Positions 33,458 to 43,786 of a DNA stretch of 64,000 bases are shown here, piece after piece. Within the stretch, counting starts at the first letter, position 1, and every line of letters starts with the position of its first letter. The notes under the pieces are model-generated. The model did no database searches, had not been told where the DNA came from, and worked only from the letters and a program-made list of their open reading frames with translations. Position numbers and translations under genes: made by a program. This stretch comes from Prochlorococcus sp. AG-355-B18 (lineage in GTDB: Bacteria; Cyanobacteriota; Cyanobacteriia; PCC-6307; Cyanobiaceae): contig QCDI01000002.1 in the NCBI GenBank assembly GCA_003280965.1, forward strand, positions 64,001 through 128,000, written 5' to 3'.

Positions 33458-33462
33458 TTAAC

Positions 33463-34146
33463 TTGTCTAAAATCTCCATTATTATTCCAACTATTAATGA
33501 AGCCAATAATTTGCCATTATTGCTTTCAGACTTGTCAGATATTCAGAAAGAGGGAGAAATTATTATTGTTGACTGTGGGAGTGAAGATAAAACTATTGAC
33601 GTAGCAAATATTTATGGGGCGAAAGTATTTAAATCCGAAGAAAGAAATCGAGGTTTACAGTTAGATATTGGCGCTAAGAATTCAAAAGGAGACTGGCTTA
33701 TATTTTTGCATGCAGACACAAGGTTAACTCATGATTGGTTTAAAAAAATAAATTTAGTTTTAAAGGGAGACAAGAATTATATTTACAATTTTACATTTAA
33801 AATTAATCACAAAAAGATAATTTATAGAGTCTTAGAGATTCTTGTAAATTTTAGAAGTCAATATTTTAAACAGCCTTATGGTGATCAAGGTCTAATAATT
33901 CATAGAACTATTTATTTTAAGAATAATGGTTTTAGAAAGATACCTATAATGGAAGACATAGATTTTTTAAGGAGATTAAACAAAAAAAAGGATTTAAAAC
34001 AATTAAATTTACCTATTTTTATAAGTTCAAGGAAATGGGAAAGAACTAATATTTTTCTCCAAGCACTCAAGAATTGGAAATTTAGAAGAAGGTGGTTAAA
34101 AGGCGAATCAACAAAATCTATATATTCTGAATACTACAAAAATTAA
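33463..34146 (+). CDS. TIGR04283 family GT2 glycosyltransferase
   Basis: ISIIIPTINE, FLHADT, PYGDQGL, MEDIDF, SSRKW. Confidence 0.88.
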   Translation: MSKISIIIPTINEANNLPLLLSDLSDIQKEGEIIIVDCGSEDKTIDVANIYGAKVFKSEERNRGLQLDIGAKNSKGDWLIFLHADTRLTHDWFKKINLVLKGDKNYIYNFTFKINHKKIIYRVLEILVNFRSQYFKQPYGDQGLIIHRTIYFKNNGFRKIPIMEDIDFLRRLNKKKDLKQLNLPIFISSRKWERTNIFLQALKNWKFRRRWLKGESTKSIYSEYYKN

Positions 34147-34677
34147 TTAATTTGCATACCAAAACGCACATTTAGAGCCTCTTGGCTCCAAAGTCCAACC
34201 CTGTCTTTTATAAAATGAAACCACTTCCGCATCCGCAAAGAGGGTGACTTTTGAAATGCCAATATTTTTTAATTCTTTTAGAATATATTTCATTAATTCC
34301 TTCCCCAATCCTAGTCCCTGGTAGACAGGATTAATTGCCACATCCCACACAGTTGCTTCTAAAATTCCATCGCCAGTGCATCTAGCAAAGCCTACTAGCC
34401 TAGGGAATTTATCATCGTGACGCCATAATCCAACCACTAAAACACTATAATCCAAAGCTCTTTTAACTCTTCTTATTGGTCGTCTGCTCCAACCAACAGT
34501 TTGCAAAAGTTGATCTAGCTCTATTAAATCTAACTCTTTACTTTTACTACATACAAAAATTTCCTCTTTATTTTTTTGAGTGAATTCATAAGAATTCAAA
34601 CCATAAATATCTAAAAGTTCATCTGTTGATATACTGTTCGATTTTTTTATTGATGACCCTTGGTTTCTAAAAATCAT
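34147..34677 (-). CDS. GNAT N-acetyltransferase (Ycf52-like)
   Basis: VGWSRRP, GFARCTGDG, VAINPVYQGLGLG, FYKRQGW. Confidence 0.88.
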   Translation of the reverse strand: MIFRNQGSSIKKSNSISTDELLDIYGLNSYEFTQKNKEEIFVCSKSKELDLIELDQLLQTVGWSRRPIRRVKRALDYSVLVVGLWRHDDKFPRLVGFARCTGDGILEATVWDVAINPVYQGLGLGKELMKYILKELKNIGISKVTLFADAEVVSFYKRQGWTLEPRGSKCAFWYAN

Positions 34678-36470
34678 TAGAAATTCACAAATCCTTTTTG
34701 TTGGAGCTCAGAGAGCTGAAAATATAACCCTCTTTTAATTCTCAATTCATTATGAGTTCCCTCTTCAACTAATGATCCCCCTTTTAAAACTAAAATCTTA
34801 TCAGAACTTTCAATAGTTGCTAGTCTGTGAGCTATCACTAATGCAGTTCTTTTTGTAAGAATTCTTTCAAGATCTTTCTGTAAAGTAGCTTCTGTAGAAG
34901 GATCCATAAATGCTGTAGCTTCGTCCATTATCAAAACAATAGGATTTCTTATCGCTACTCTTGCTACTGAAAGAAGTTGTCTCTCTCCAGAAGAGAGATT
35001 TCCCCCTCTTTCTCTAAGAAAAGTGTTCAAACCTTCTGGTAATTTATTCAATAAACTGTTTAAGCCTAATTCTTTACAAATATTTTCTAATTCAAGATTG
35101 TCTATATTCGCATTTAGTTTCAAATTATCTGCAACATTTCCACTAAATATAAAGGTATCTTGTAAGACTACCCCCAACATATTTCTAAGAGTTGCTATAG
35201 GAATATCTTTTATGTCTATATCATCTATTAAAATTTGGCCTGATTGAGGTTCATACAATCTACATAACAATCTAATTATGGTTGTCTTGCCTGAACCAGT
35301 TGGTCCCACAAAAGCTACATGCTCTCCTGGATGTATCAAAAAAGATAAATCCTTTAAGATATGTTCCCCTTTTTTATAATAGAAATTAACATTTTTGAAT
35401 TCGATTTTACCTTTAAATTTGTGATTTTCACCTAGAACATTTTCAAAATGTTTTGCGGAAAGAGAATCTTTAATCTGAATTTCTTCATCCAATAATTCAT
35501 TTATTCTCTCAACAGCTGTAAGTCCTCCTTGAATCTGAGTAAATCTTTCTGCAAGCTGTCTTAAAGGTTCAAAAAGTCTTTGGGAATATAAAATAAAAGT
35601 TGTTAATGTACCTAAACCAATATTTCCAGAAGTAACAAGGTAGCCTCCAACTGCTAAAACCAATGAAACTGCTGCAAGGGAAATCCATTCTATAAATGCT
35701 GAAATACTACTGTCATAAAAAATTGTTCCATTGACAGCTTTCTTATAAGCAACTCCAGTATTAGAAAATTTCTTGCTATTAAAATTCTCTCTTCTGAACA
35801 TCTGAACAACTTCTAGACCTTGAAGATTCTCTTGAAAATCAGAGTTGAGTTGAGATAGTTCTTCTCTTACTTGATAATTAGCCTTTCTGTATCGTTTTTG
35901 AAGCCATACAATAAAATATGAAACTGGAATCTGAGTTAATAGCAATAAAATGGCAAGCCCTCGATCAATTGAAAGCATTGTCAAAGAAATTACTATCAGG
36001 CTAACAAAGTCAGCAATTACTCCGACCGCCCCACTACCAAAAACCTCGGCTAAAGCATCAACATCATTGGTTAATCTCGTCAATAACTTACCAACAGGCA
36101 TTTTATCGTGATACTTCAAAGATAAAGATATTGAATGATCAAAAAGTTCTCTTCTTATCCTGGCAGTTAATCTCTGACCAACAGCTTGAATATTATAGGT
36201 TTGGTATCCTTGCAAAACCAACCTAAAAATAACTGTTAAAAATAAGGTAAGGATTATGGCATTTATTGACTGCCCAAAAAAAGTTTTACTTAGCCAAACA
36301 TCTGTACTTTCGTTTTTAAGAATAGTAATTGCTTGACCTACCAATAGTGGTTGAATTGCTCCAGAGAAAGATACTGGTAGCAATACTATTAGGATTAGAT
36401 AGATTGTTTTTTTATCTTTAGTTAAATATTTACCTAATTTTTTAATCCTTCTAAAATCATTAAAAAACAT
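34677..36470 (-). CDS. ABC transporter, fused permease/ATPase (MsbA/MdlB-like exporter)
   Basis: TM domain followed by GPTGSGKT, LSSGERQ, DEAT and IAHRL. Confidence 0.93.
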   Translation of the reverse strand: MFFNDFRRIKKLGKYLTKDKKTIYLILIVLLPVSFSGAIQPLLVGQAITILKNESTDVWLSKTFFGQSINAIILTLFLTVIFRLVLQGYQTYNIQAVGQRLTARIRRELFDHSISLSLKYHDKMPVGKLLTRLTNDVDALAEVFGSGAVGVIADFVSLIVISLTMLSIDRGLAILLLLTQIPVSYFIVWLQKRYRKANYQVREELSQLNSDFQENLQGLEVVQMFRRENFNSKKFSNTGVAYKKAVNGTIFYDSSISAFIEWISLAAVSLVLAVGGYLVTSGNIGLGTLTTFILYSQRLFEPLRQLAERFTQIQGGLTAVERINELLDEEIQIKDSLSAKHFENVLGENHKFKGKIEFKNVNFYYKKGEHILKDLSFLIHPGEHVAFVGPTGSGKTTIIRLLCRLYEPQSGQILIDDIDIKDIPIATLRNMLGVVLQDTFIFSGNVADNLKLNANIDNLELENICKELGLNSLLNKLPEGLNTFLRERGGNLSSGERQLLSVARVAIRNPIVLIMDEATAFMDPSTEATLQKDLERILTKRTALVIAHRLATIESSDKILVLKGGSLVEEGTHNELRIKRGLYFQLSELQQKGFVNF

Positions 36471-36482
36471 TTAGCTAATCAT

Positions 36483-37121
36483 CTATAAAGCATTAGTTGA
36501 TTCTATTGATAAAATCGTATCTTTGAGATGATTATCATCTAACCTCATTGATAAGGGATTGCCAATTAGTTTTGCAGTTGAATAAAAAAGATCATCAATT
36601 TTAGTTAAACCATTCTCCTTAAGAGTCTTTCCGGTCGCCACCAAATCTACTATTGCCTCTGCCATTCCTGTAATAGGACCAAGCTCGACAGATCCTGTCA
36701 AATGAACTATTTCTGCAGGTATATTTAATTCATCAAAATAAGATCTTGCTGTTTTTGTAAATTTACTCGCAACCTTACAATTCGCTGGAAGATCAGTTGG
36801 TTTGGAATAATTGCTATTGTTCTTAACCGCCAACGACATATAACAACCCCCAAAGCCTAAATCTAATAACTTTGCAACTTTCAATTCGGATTCGCGTAAA
36901 ACGTCATCTCCAACAATACCCAAATCAGCCTGACCATAACTTACATAAACAGGAACATCTCCATTTCTTACTAATAAAGCTCTAGCCCGCTTGCAATTTG
37001 ATTCAAAAGTTAATGATCTATTATTTTCGTTCAACGCATCAGAAAAATCTAACCCAGCTCTTTTAAAAGTTGAAATTGAATCTTTTAACAGAGCTCCTTT
37101 TGGTAAAGCTATAGTAAACAT
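36483..37121 (-). CDS. hisG: ATP phosphoribosyltransferase (short form, HisZ-dependent)
   Basis: [35 protein letters not shown]; 212 aa with no regulatory C-terminal domain. Confidence 0.96.
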   Translation of the reverse strand: MFTIALPKGALLKDSISTFKRAGLDFSDALNENNRSLTFESNCKRARALLVRNGDVPVYVSYGQADLGIVGDDVLRESELKVAKLLDLGFGGCYMSLAVKNNSNYSKPTDLPANCKVASKFTKTARSYFDELNIPAEIVHLTGSVELGPITGMAEAIVDLVATGKTLKENGLTKIDDLFYSTAKLIGNPLSMRLDDNHLKDTILSIESTNAL

Positions 37122-37161
37122 AGATCAACTTCTTCCAGAGATTCTTCATTCTAAGTTAACA

Positions 37162-37902
37162 ATGGAATTTAATAAAGCTCAAAATATAATAGGTCTCAGA
37201 GTTTTAAATGATAACGTTATTTGGTTATGGGTAAAAGGTAAATCCGTGGTAGTTATAGACCCATCCGTTCATGATCCGGTAATTAGATATATTGAGGAAA
37301 ATAATTTTCACTTAAAAGCTGTTCTTCAAACTCATCATCATTCGGACCATATTGGAGGAACGAAAAACCTTATTGAAAGATGGCCAAATGTTGAGGTGAT
37401 TGCTTCTTCCAAAGAAAAAAAACGAATACCTTTTCAAAATATATCTGTAGAGGATGGAGAAACTTTGAATATTTTAGGTGAAGAAGTAAAAATAATTGAA
37501 GTATTAGGGCATACAAGCTCACATATCTCTTTCTTTTTAAATGGGAAAAATCCTGTACTTTTTATTGGTGATACATTATTTTCTGGTGGGTGTGGAAGAA
37601 TTTTTGAAGGAACTTATCAACAAATGTATTCTTCATTAGAAAGAATTAAGTCATTACCAAAAAATACTCTCATATATTGTGCACATGAATATACTAAGGG
37701 GAATCTATTGTGGGCATTGAATCTCAAGCCTAAAGATCAAGATATAAAAAATAAACTTTCAGAAGTTGAGAAAAAACTTTCTCTTAATCAATTGACAATT
37801 CCATTTTTACTAGATGAAGAAATGAAAATAAACCTATTCTTAAGAGCAAAAAATTTAGAAGAATTTACTTTTTTGAGAGCAAATAAAGATTTATGGGTTT
37901 AA
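37162..37902 (+). CDS. gloB: Hydroxyacylglutathione hydrolase (glyoxalase II)
   Basis: [30 protein letters not shown]. Start moved to ATG at 37162 to avoid overlap with hisG. Confidence 0.93.
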   Translation: MEFNKAQNIIGLRVLNDNVIWLWVKGKSVVVIDPSVHDPVIRYIEENNFHLKAVLQTHHHSDHIGGTKNLIERWPNVEVIASSKEKKRIPFQNISVEDGETLNILGEEVKIIEVLGHTSSHISFFLNGKNPVLFIGDTLFSGGCGRIFEGTYQQMYSSLERIKSLPKNTLIYCAHEYTKGNLLWALNLKPKDQDIKNKLSEVEKKLSLNQLTIPFLLDEEMKINLFLRAKNLEEFTFLRANKDLWV

Positions 37903-37926
37903 ATAGATAGGTATCGTATTAAACAA

Positions 37927-38319
37927 ATGGCCCCAAAGCAAGTAATTAAAACATCAAATGCTCCAGATCCAGTAGGACCCTATAATCAAGCCATAAAAGC
38001 TGGTGATTTTATTTATTGTTCTGGCCAAATTGCTATAGACCCAGATTTAAATGAAATAACATGTTTAGGTGATATAGAGAAGGAAACTATTCAAGTTTTA
38101 AAAAATCTCGCCGCAGTTCTTGAAGCTGGTGGAGCAAAAATAGAGGATGTAATAAAAACAACTATTTACTTAACCGACCTAAGTAATTTTCAAATTGTCA
38201 ATAGGATATATAGTAATTTTTTCAATGTGCAGAATCCTCCAGCGAGGGCCTGTGTGGAAGTTTCATCTCTACCTAAAGGAGTGTTGGTTGAGATAGATTG
38301 TGTTGCCTTTCTAGATTAA
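37927..38319 (+). CDS. ridA: RidA / YjgF family enamine deaminase
   Basis: GPYNQA, SGQI, PARACVEVSSLPKGVLVEID. Confidence 0.9.
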   Translation: MAPKQVIKTSNAPDPVGPYNQAIKAGDFIYCSGQIAIDPDLNEITCLGDIEKETIQVLKNLAAVLEAGGAKIEDVIKTTIYLTDLSNFQIVNRIYSNFFNVQNPPARACVEVSSLPKGVLVEIDCVAFLD

Positions 38320-38404
38320 TTTCTAATTATTGAGAAATTTTAAATATGATCCAAATCTGCGCCATATTTGTATAGATTATTAATTGGTAATTCTTCTTTA
38401 ATCT

Positions 38405-38632
38405 ATGTCAGCAGCAAAGCTTAATATAGATGAATTAGAAGCAGGCTATCCCCTTTTTTGTAAGGCTTTAAGACTATTAATTTTAAAAGGTAACTCAGTT
38501 AAAGATATAGAAAAGACAGTATGCTGGGGACATCTTGAAACTTTAAATAGATGTTTACCAGGAAGATATAAAGCTCCCACATATTTAATGGCTTTAATCA
38601 AAAGAGATATTGAAAAGCCAAATAATTATTAA
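38405..38632 (+). CDS. DUF3136-like small conserved protein
   Basis: ELEAGYPLFCKALR...TVCW...Y signature of a picocyanobacterial family found next to the cso locus. Confidence 0.75.
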   Translation: MSAAKLNIDELEAGYPLFCKALRLLILKGNSVKDIEKTVCWGHLETLNRCLPGRYKAPTYLMALIKRDIEKPNNY

Positions 38633-38638
38633 AAAGCA

Positions 38639-38878
38639 CTAATCTTCTAAATAAAATTTATCAATATCTTTTGCAAAATTTTTTTCCTTTTCTGATAATA
38701 CTTTATTATCTAAAAATATAGTAAGACTTACAAAATTCTTACCGAAGCTGATATTTGGATAGATATCCCTTTCTTTACATAATTTCTCAATTTTCCCCAT
38801 AAATTTACTAATTTTTGAATATTGCTCAAATTCAAATCTTTTTTCAATCCTCAAAGGTGATTCTCTTTCTTTCCACAT
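38639..38878 (-). CDS. Pterin-4a-carbinolamine dehydratase-like protein (acRAF/Raf2-like Rubisco assembly factor)
   Basis: MWKER...IEKRFEF...YPNISF PCD fold lacking the HH catalytic pair; last gene of the cso cluster. Confidence 0.78.
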   Translation of the reverse strand: MWKERESPLRIEKRFEFEQYSKISKFMGKIEKLCKERDIYPNISFGKNFVSLTIFLDNKVLSEKEKNFAKDIDKFYLED

Positions 38879-38952
38879 TACATTCTTTATACAAGACTAA
38901 TTACACTATACCTTCAACAAAGTTTCTCAATAAATTTTTGAAGATAAAATTT

Positions 38953-39201
38953 TTAGTCACTCTCCCAATAATCAATAATACCGCCAATCGTTAAATCGGT
39001 TTGAACTTCTGGATTAGGGCATGCAAATCTAGCGGCGGAGCCACTAGCAGTAAAAACCCAGTTACCTTCTCTAGCTCCAACAGGATCAACAGCAACTAAT
39101 TTCTTTCCTTTATTATTTTCTAAAATTCGTAAATTCATATGACCTAAGCCAGGGACTCTTTGAGTGCATACCATCCTTCCTAATACCTTCATAATTTCCA
39201 C
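38953..39201 (-). CDS. csoS4B: Carboxysome vertex pentamer CsoS4B
   Basis: EutN/CcmL fold: MVCTQRV, VAVDPVGAREGNWV, DLTIGGIIDYW. Confidence 0.95.
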   Translation of the reverse strand: MEIMKVLGRMVCTQRVPGLGHMNLRILENNKGKKLVAVDPVGAREGNWVFTASGSAARFACPNPEVQTDLTIGGIIDYWESD

Positions 39202-39218
39202 AATTTATATCCTCCCTT

Positions 39219-39470
39219 TTATGACTTGTTAGGATCCCAATGATCAATAATTCCAACAATCGTTAAATCGCTTGGATAAGATTTACTTCCCGCAGCTTCT
39301 CTAGCAGCTGAACTTCCAACACAAATAACCCAATCTCCTGGCTTACAGCCAACAGCATCAACTGCAACTTTATTAGAAGAACCATCTAATACAACCTGCA
39401 GATGTTTATGTTCAAAACCAGGAATCCTATTGGTAGAAACAAGTGGTTTTACAACTTTGCAAATTAACAT
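39219..39470 (-). CDS. csoS4A: Carboxysome vertex pentamer CsoS4A
   Basis: LVSTNRI, VAVDAVGCKPGDWV, DLTIVGIIDHW. Confidence 0.95.
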   Translation of the reverse strand: MLICKVVKPLVSTNRIPGFEHKHLQVVLDGSSNKVAVDAVGCKPGDWVICVGSSAAREAAGSKSYPSDLTIVGIIDHWDPNKS

Positions 39471-39472
39471 AA

Positions 39473-41002
39473 TTAGTGAGCCTCCTCTGTTTTTTTATCT
39501 AAAGACATTCCAATAATTTGGGCGGAATGAATGTTGTCCCTATCTCTAATAGTAGAGCAAGTATGTAACAAACCTTGATCAACTAAATTTTTATATCTAA
39601 TTGATATCGCATTATTAACTCTTTCACAATCATTTATTGCCCTTTCTTTTGCGCCGGGTACTTTCCCAGAGTAATCAAATCTTATTACTACCGGAATTGG
39701 TAGATCTTGAGAAACATTTAATCCAGTAAAAATCTTTACTCCTACATCTAAATCTGGAGCCCCTTCTTCGACTGTATCTAAATGAGCAAAATAAGTTAAA
39801 TTTCTGAGATGTACTTCTTTGAAACCTATACCTACTCCAATAAACCTCTCTGCATGTCCAATATCTTCATAAGAACCATTATGAAAACTCTTAACATAAT
39901 CAATTTGAGAAATATTATTGACAATTAATTTATACGTAAATTTTTCCAGTCCACTGAGTTTATCTTTTGAAGATTGATTAGAAATTGTCTGGCAAATTTC
40001 TCTTTCCGCATCCTCTTTTGAAAAATTAATTGTTGAATTATAAATTTCTAATGTAGAAATAGTTTTTTCTAAATCTATATTGCCATCACTAGTTGATAAA
40101 TGTATTTTTAATGAATCAGTGTCTGTATCAAGTCCAATTAACATTAAATCCACTGAAGCTCCGCAGCAAAAGCTATTCTCTACAGCCTCTTTGAAAGCAT
40201 ATAATTTATTTCTTCCTTCTGCTGCAGCTAACTCGTCATTACTCCCATGAGCTGCGCATCCCTGATGAAAAGGATCTACTGAACTAAAATGATAAGTTAC
40301 AACTTTTAAGTACCTGGTATCTTTATGAGCTTCATTAGGAACATTCTCTCTATATCTTTTATGTTCAGTTTTTACCCATCGATTAACAGTATTTTCAATA
40401 TCAAATAGTGCTCCAGCATGGGATCTTCTTCTTACTGAACTAAAAGGTATTCTCATCACATAAGCAACTGAATGAGCTAATCTTCCATCTGAACAAGGAG
40501 TTATATCAAGTAAATGTATTCCGCAATCTAAGAGAAATTTTTCAAAGTCTTCCGCATCTCTACTTCCAGCAGCACCTTCTAGTGGATCATTGTTAAAAAA
40601 ATTGTCGCTAAGTTTGTCATGCTGTTTAAAAGCACACCATGCATATAAAGCTCTCATATCAAGAGGTTTTACCCAAGATTTATCTAATACATGGAGGGGT
40701 AAATCTATTCCCAAATTTTTTCTTGATATTTTCTGAGCCTTATTTATAAAATCTTCGTGATGTTGAATTCGAGCAATTTCCTTGAGAGTTGGAACAATTT
40801 CGTCAAAATCACTTTTTATTTTGCTTTCATACCTAAATAGATTTTCATTTTGAATATTGTTGGTTAATTTATGAGACTTTCCAGAATTTCTGAGATTATT
40901 TGATTCTTTAGTTTGTATATGGATATTTTCCGTAAAAGTTTTCATTGGAGCTGTTGGCCCCAATGTGAAGTTCTTGGCTTTAGCCAGTCCTCTTAAAGGC
41001 AT
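39473..41002 (-). CDS. csoSCA: Carboxysomal carbonic anhydrase CsoSCA (CsoS3)
   Basis: PCSDGRL, YHFSS...GCAAHGS zinc ligands, GHAERFIGVG; position in the cso operon. Confidence 0.96.
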   Translation of the reverse strand: MPLRGLAKAKNFTLGPTAPMKTFTENIHIQTKESNNLRNSGKSHKLTNNIQNENLFRYESKIKSDFDEIVPTLKEIARIQHHEDFINKAQKISRKNLGIDLPLHVLDKSWVKPLDMRALYAWCAFKQHDKLSDNFFNNDPLEGAAGSRDAEDFEKFLLDCGIHLLDITPCSDGRLAHSVAYVMRIPFSSVRRRSHAGALFDIENTVNRWVKTEHKRYRENVPNEAHKDTRYLKVVTYHFSSVDPFHQGCAAHGSNDELAAAEGRNKLYAFKEAVENSFCCGASVDLMLIGLDTDTDSLKIHLSTSDGNIDLEKTISTLEIYNSTINFSKEDAEREICQTISNQSSKDKLSGLEKFTYKLIVNNISQIDYVKSFHNGSYEDIGHAERFIGVGIGFKEVHLRNLTYFAHLDTVEEGAPDLDVGVKIFTGLNVSQDLPIPVVIRFDYSGKVPGAKERAINDCERVNNAISIRYKNLVDQGLLHTCSTIRDRDNIHSAQIIGMSLDKKTEEAH

Positions 41003-41009
41003 TATTTAC

Positions 41010-43307
41010 TTAACCTCTTGCACCACCTGAAAAGGTAACAAGTTGTCCTTCACGAGTATTTCCACTAGATCCAGTTATCAAGAAATCTGGTTTTTCTGTT
41101 TCATCATTTCTTTTAGCTTCCATTGGAGGCATTGCGCTCATAAAACCTGCTCTAGATGGATTTCTCTTTCTAGAAGAAGCTCCTTCTGTACCTGTTACCT
41201 TATCACCGCGATCCCAATCATCACCAGTTACGTTTCCTACAGATTGTCCTTCACCAGTAATCCTAGATGCGACTCTTTTTTCTGGTGTCTTTGCAGCACG
41301 GTCTGCTTCTTCAATTTCCATTTTTTGCTTATAAGTAATATTTTTATTCGGTTCAAATCTAAATTTTTCAGTACCAGTGACCTTATCAACTGCCATATCA
41401 AAAGGTCCTGTTACCTTTGAACCATTTTCATATTCATTACCGGTAACACCTTGAGTATTTTTTTCAGAATATTTATCTCTTGATGGTGACTTGACAGAGA
41501 AGTCATTCCAAAAGTTACCTGCTGACTTTTCCGGATTCGCATAAGCAGTATCATGTGGAGGATTATCACAAGCTTGTGAGAACTGATCTCCACCAACATA
41601 AGGAGTTCCTGTTAAGTTTTTACAAGCACCTTTTTTAGCACCTGTCATTACTCCGCCAATTCCTGGTTGTTGTCCTGTAAGTCTGGCATTTGAATTATTT
41701 CCTGAATTAACTGTTGCTCGTGATTTCATATCTTCAGAAGTTTCATTATTACAATTCTCATTAATCTGATCTAAGCCTGCGTATGGTGTTCCCGTTAACA
41801 CTTTGCATGAACCTGGTTCATCTCCAGTTACTATTTTTGATCTTCCTGTCATAGTCCCGCTTATTAAATTTGATTTTGAAGAAAGGCTTAAACCTACTTT
41901 TCTAGCTTCTGGTTTTGGTTTTGAACCGCAAAACTTCTCATATTGTTGAGATCCTATGTACTCATCACCAGTTACATTCTTGCAACTCCCATGTTCATTA
42001 CCTGTCATATGGTCTGATCTACCTACCCCTGTACCAGTTACATTATTCCCATTAAGAGTGTTGTAACTACCAACTTTTTCAAATGCTTTACCTTTTGGAT
42101 TTTGCTCTGAGCCAAGATATTGATCTCCAGTTAACTGATGTCCAGAACCTGATTCATCTCCAGTAACCAGGGTTGATCTACCAGGAAGTGATCCAGATAC
42201 TTTTAATCCATCAGTTGTAGTACTATGTTTAACCTTTGAAGGATTTTTGGGAACATCACCACAATACTTCTGTGATTGATTAGCAGATACATATTCAGTT
42301 CCTGTAAGATTTTTACAAGTCCCAGGCTCATCGCCTGTGACCCTCTCAGATCTACCAACTTCATTTCCAGTTACTTTATTACCTGATGTTGTAGAGGTAA
42401 CAGTTGATCTAAGTGGCTGTATATAACTTGGTCTATCTTGACAAAATTGATCAACTACTTCTGATCCCATATATTGAGTACCAGTTACAGTCCTGCATGT
42501 ACTTGCTTCATTACCTGTAGTTTTCACAGATCTATTGGCTTGTGTTCCAGTAACTATTTGACCTGAATCAGTTTCACTTTTACCAACTTTCCAGCTAGCA
42601 TCTGCAATATTTTGTTTGGCACCATTTTTATTTGGACCACATGGTCTACATTTACCATTACCTTTTTTGCCTGTGGCACCAGTTTTACTTCTTAGCTCTC
42701 TCACTCTCTGAGAAATTTCTCTACTACTTAAATCTGGGTCTCCCCTTCTAGCTAAAGAAGCTGAACTGGTATTTTGTTTAGTTGCTGATTTACCATGCTT
42801 AGATTGAGCTTCTCTTCTAGCCAAAACAATATCTCTACTTATATTAGTAATAGGCTTTCTCTTCTGATTAATTCTTCTTTTAACGTTTGGTTTTGATGTT
42901 TGAATTTCTGTATTATGTGAGCTTTGAACTTCCTGATTTTTGCTTATGGAAGTTTTAACTGTGTTTACAGGACTTTCTTTTTTAACATCAGTACGAGTTC
43001 TATCGGATGAAGTTATTGCTGATTTACCATGAGTAGACATTGCTTTTCTTCTCTCTATTACCAACTCTTTACTAGATAAAGTTGTTGAAGAAGACTTTCT
43101 ACTTACCTGGTTTTTTGGGATATGTTTTGTAACTGGTTTAGTAATATTTTGATTATTTGAAGAAGACTGAGTACCAGAAATCTGTATATCTTGAGAAGAT
43201 CGAACTCTATCTTTAGTAGTCGAAGAATAAGCAGCAGCTTTTTTACCGCTATCACTCATCGCCTTTCTTCTTTCTAATGCAATCTCTCTACTGGTTTTTT
43301 TTGACAT
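41010..43307 (-). CDS. csoS2: Carboxysome scaffold CsoS2
   Basis: Four N-terminal Rubisco-binding helices (SREIALERRKAMS and similar), [VIL][TS]G middle repeats with Cys, and C-terminal ITGSSGN...VTFSGGARG. ATG at 43307 (ORF track begins at TTG 43316). Confidence 0.97.
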   Translation of the reverse strand: MSKKTSREIALERRKAMSDSGKKAAAYSSTTKDRVRSSQDIQISGTQSSSNNQNITKPVTKHIPKNQVSRKSSSTTLSSKELVIERRKAMSTHGKSAITSSDRTRTDVKKESPVNTVKTSISKNQEVQSSHNTEIQTSKPNVKRRINQKRKPITNISRDIVLARREAQSKHGKSATKQNTSSASLARRGDPDLSSREISQRVRELRSKTGATGKKGNGKCRPCGPNKNGAKQNIADASWKVGKSETDSGQIVTGTQANRSVKTTGNEASTCRTVTGTQYMGSEVVDQFCQDRPSYIQPLRSTVTSTTSGNKVTGNEVGRSERVTGDEPGTCKNLTGTEYVSANQSQKYCGDVPKNPSKVKHSTTTDGLKVSGSLPGRSTLVTGDESGSGHQLTGDQYLGSEQNPKGKAFEKVGSYNTLNGNNVTGTGVGRSDHMTGNEHGSCKNVTGDEYIGSQQYEKFCGSKPKPEARKVGLSLSSKSNLISGTMTGRSKIVTGDEPGSCKVLTGTPYAGLDQINENCNNETSEDMKSRATVNSGNNSNARLTGQQPGIGGVMTGAKKGACKNLTGTPYVGGDQFSQACDNPPHDTAYANPEKSAGNFWNDFSVKSPSRDKYSEKNTQGVTGNEYENGSKVTGPFDMAVDKVTGTEKFRFEPNKNITYKQKMEIEEADRAAKTPEKRVASRITGEGQSVGNVTGDDWDRGDKVTGTEGASSRKRNPSRAGFMSAMPPMEAKRNDETEKPDFLITGSSGNTREGQLVTFSGGARG

Positions 43308-43332
43308 AATCTTCAAATGTGAAACTCTTTTG

Positions 43333-43367
43333 AAAAAACTTTCTCCAAAAATATTTTTTGGAGAAAG
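43333..43367 (-). terminator. Rho-independent terminator-like hairpin between rbcS and csoS2
   Basis: 13-bp perfect stem CTTTCTCCAAAAA/TTTTTGGAGAAAG (43339-43367), followed on the minus strand by U6 (43333-43338). Confidence 0.75.
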
Positions 43368-43390
43368 ATATTTACTACATAAAAGTAGAT

Positions 43391-43732
43391 TTAACGTCCT
43401 TGGAAAACTACAAAAGCTGTTCCTTGGCTTTGAGTGTAAGCATCGTATCCGATGATTCTTACATGATGATCAGGGTATGCTCTATGACATGCCTCTAATT
43501 CACTTACAACCAAGTTAAGGTCTTTTTCCCCAAAGAATGGGAGCTTCCAATAAGACCAATAAGTTTGCATACTTCCACTAGGATGAACATGCTCAATAAC
43601 AGGACTCCAGCCTTGAGCAATTATGTATGCAATTTGATCGTATATTTCCTCCTGGGTCATCGGTGGTAAGAAACCGAATGTTTCCAGGGTTGCAACTGTT
43701 TGATAGTCGCCTACTGTGCTCTGGAAAGGCAT
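43391..43732 (-). CDS. rbcS: Rubisco small subunit (form IA)
   Basis: ETFGFLPPM, YWSYWKLPFFG, IIGYD. Confidence 0.99.
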   Translation of the reverse strand: MPFQSTVGDYQTVATLETFGFLPPMTQEEIYDQIAYIIAQGWSPVIEHVHPSGSMQTYWSYWKLPFFGEKDLNLVVSELEACHRAYPDHHVRIIGYDAYTQSQGTAFVVFQGR

Positions 43733-43786
43733 AATTAATTTAAATGTGAATGAAATTACTCGTAATAGAACGAGATTTGTAGAAGT

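Noticed and set aside
36991..37161. N-terminal extension of the gloB ORF to 303 aa
   Set aside because: It overlaps hisG on the opposite strand; ATG at 37162 gives a normal-length GloB.
41300..42600. Recurring ACCAGT/CCTGT-type nucleotide repeats in csoS2 considered as a CRISPR-like array
   Set aside because: They are the coding [VIL][TS]G protein repeats of CsoS2. There is no constant repeat-spacer period and no cas gene.
43110..43119. In-frame slippery heptamers C-CCA-AAA / A-AAA-AAC in csoS2
   Set aside because: They lie in the N-terminal region, not at the end of the middle repeats where the known CsoS2A/B -1 frameshift occurs. I saw no stimulatory structure, and A-runs are common in this genome.
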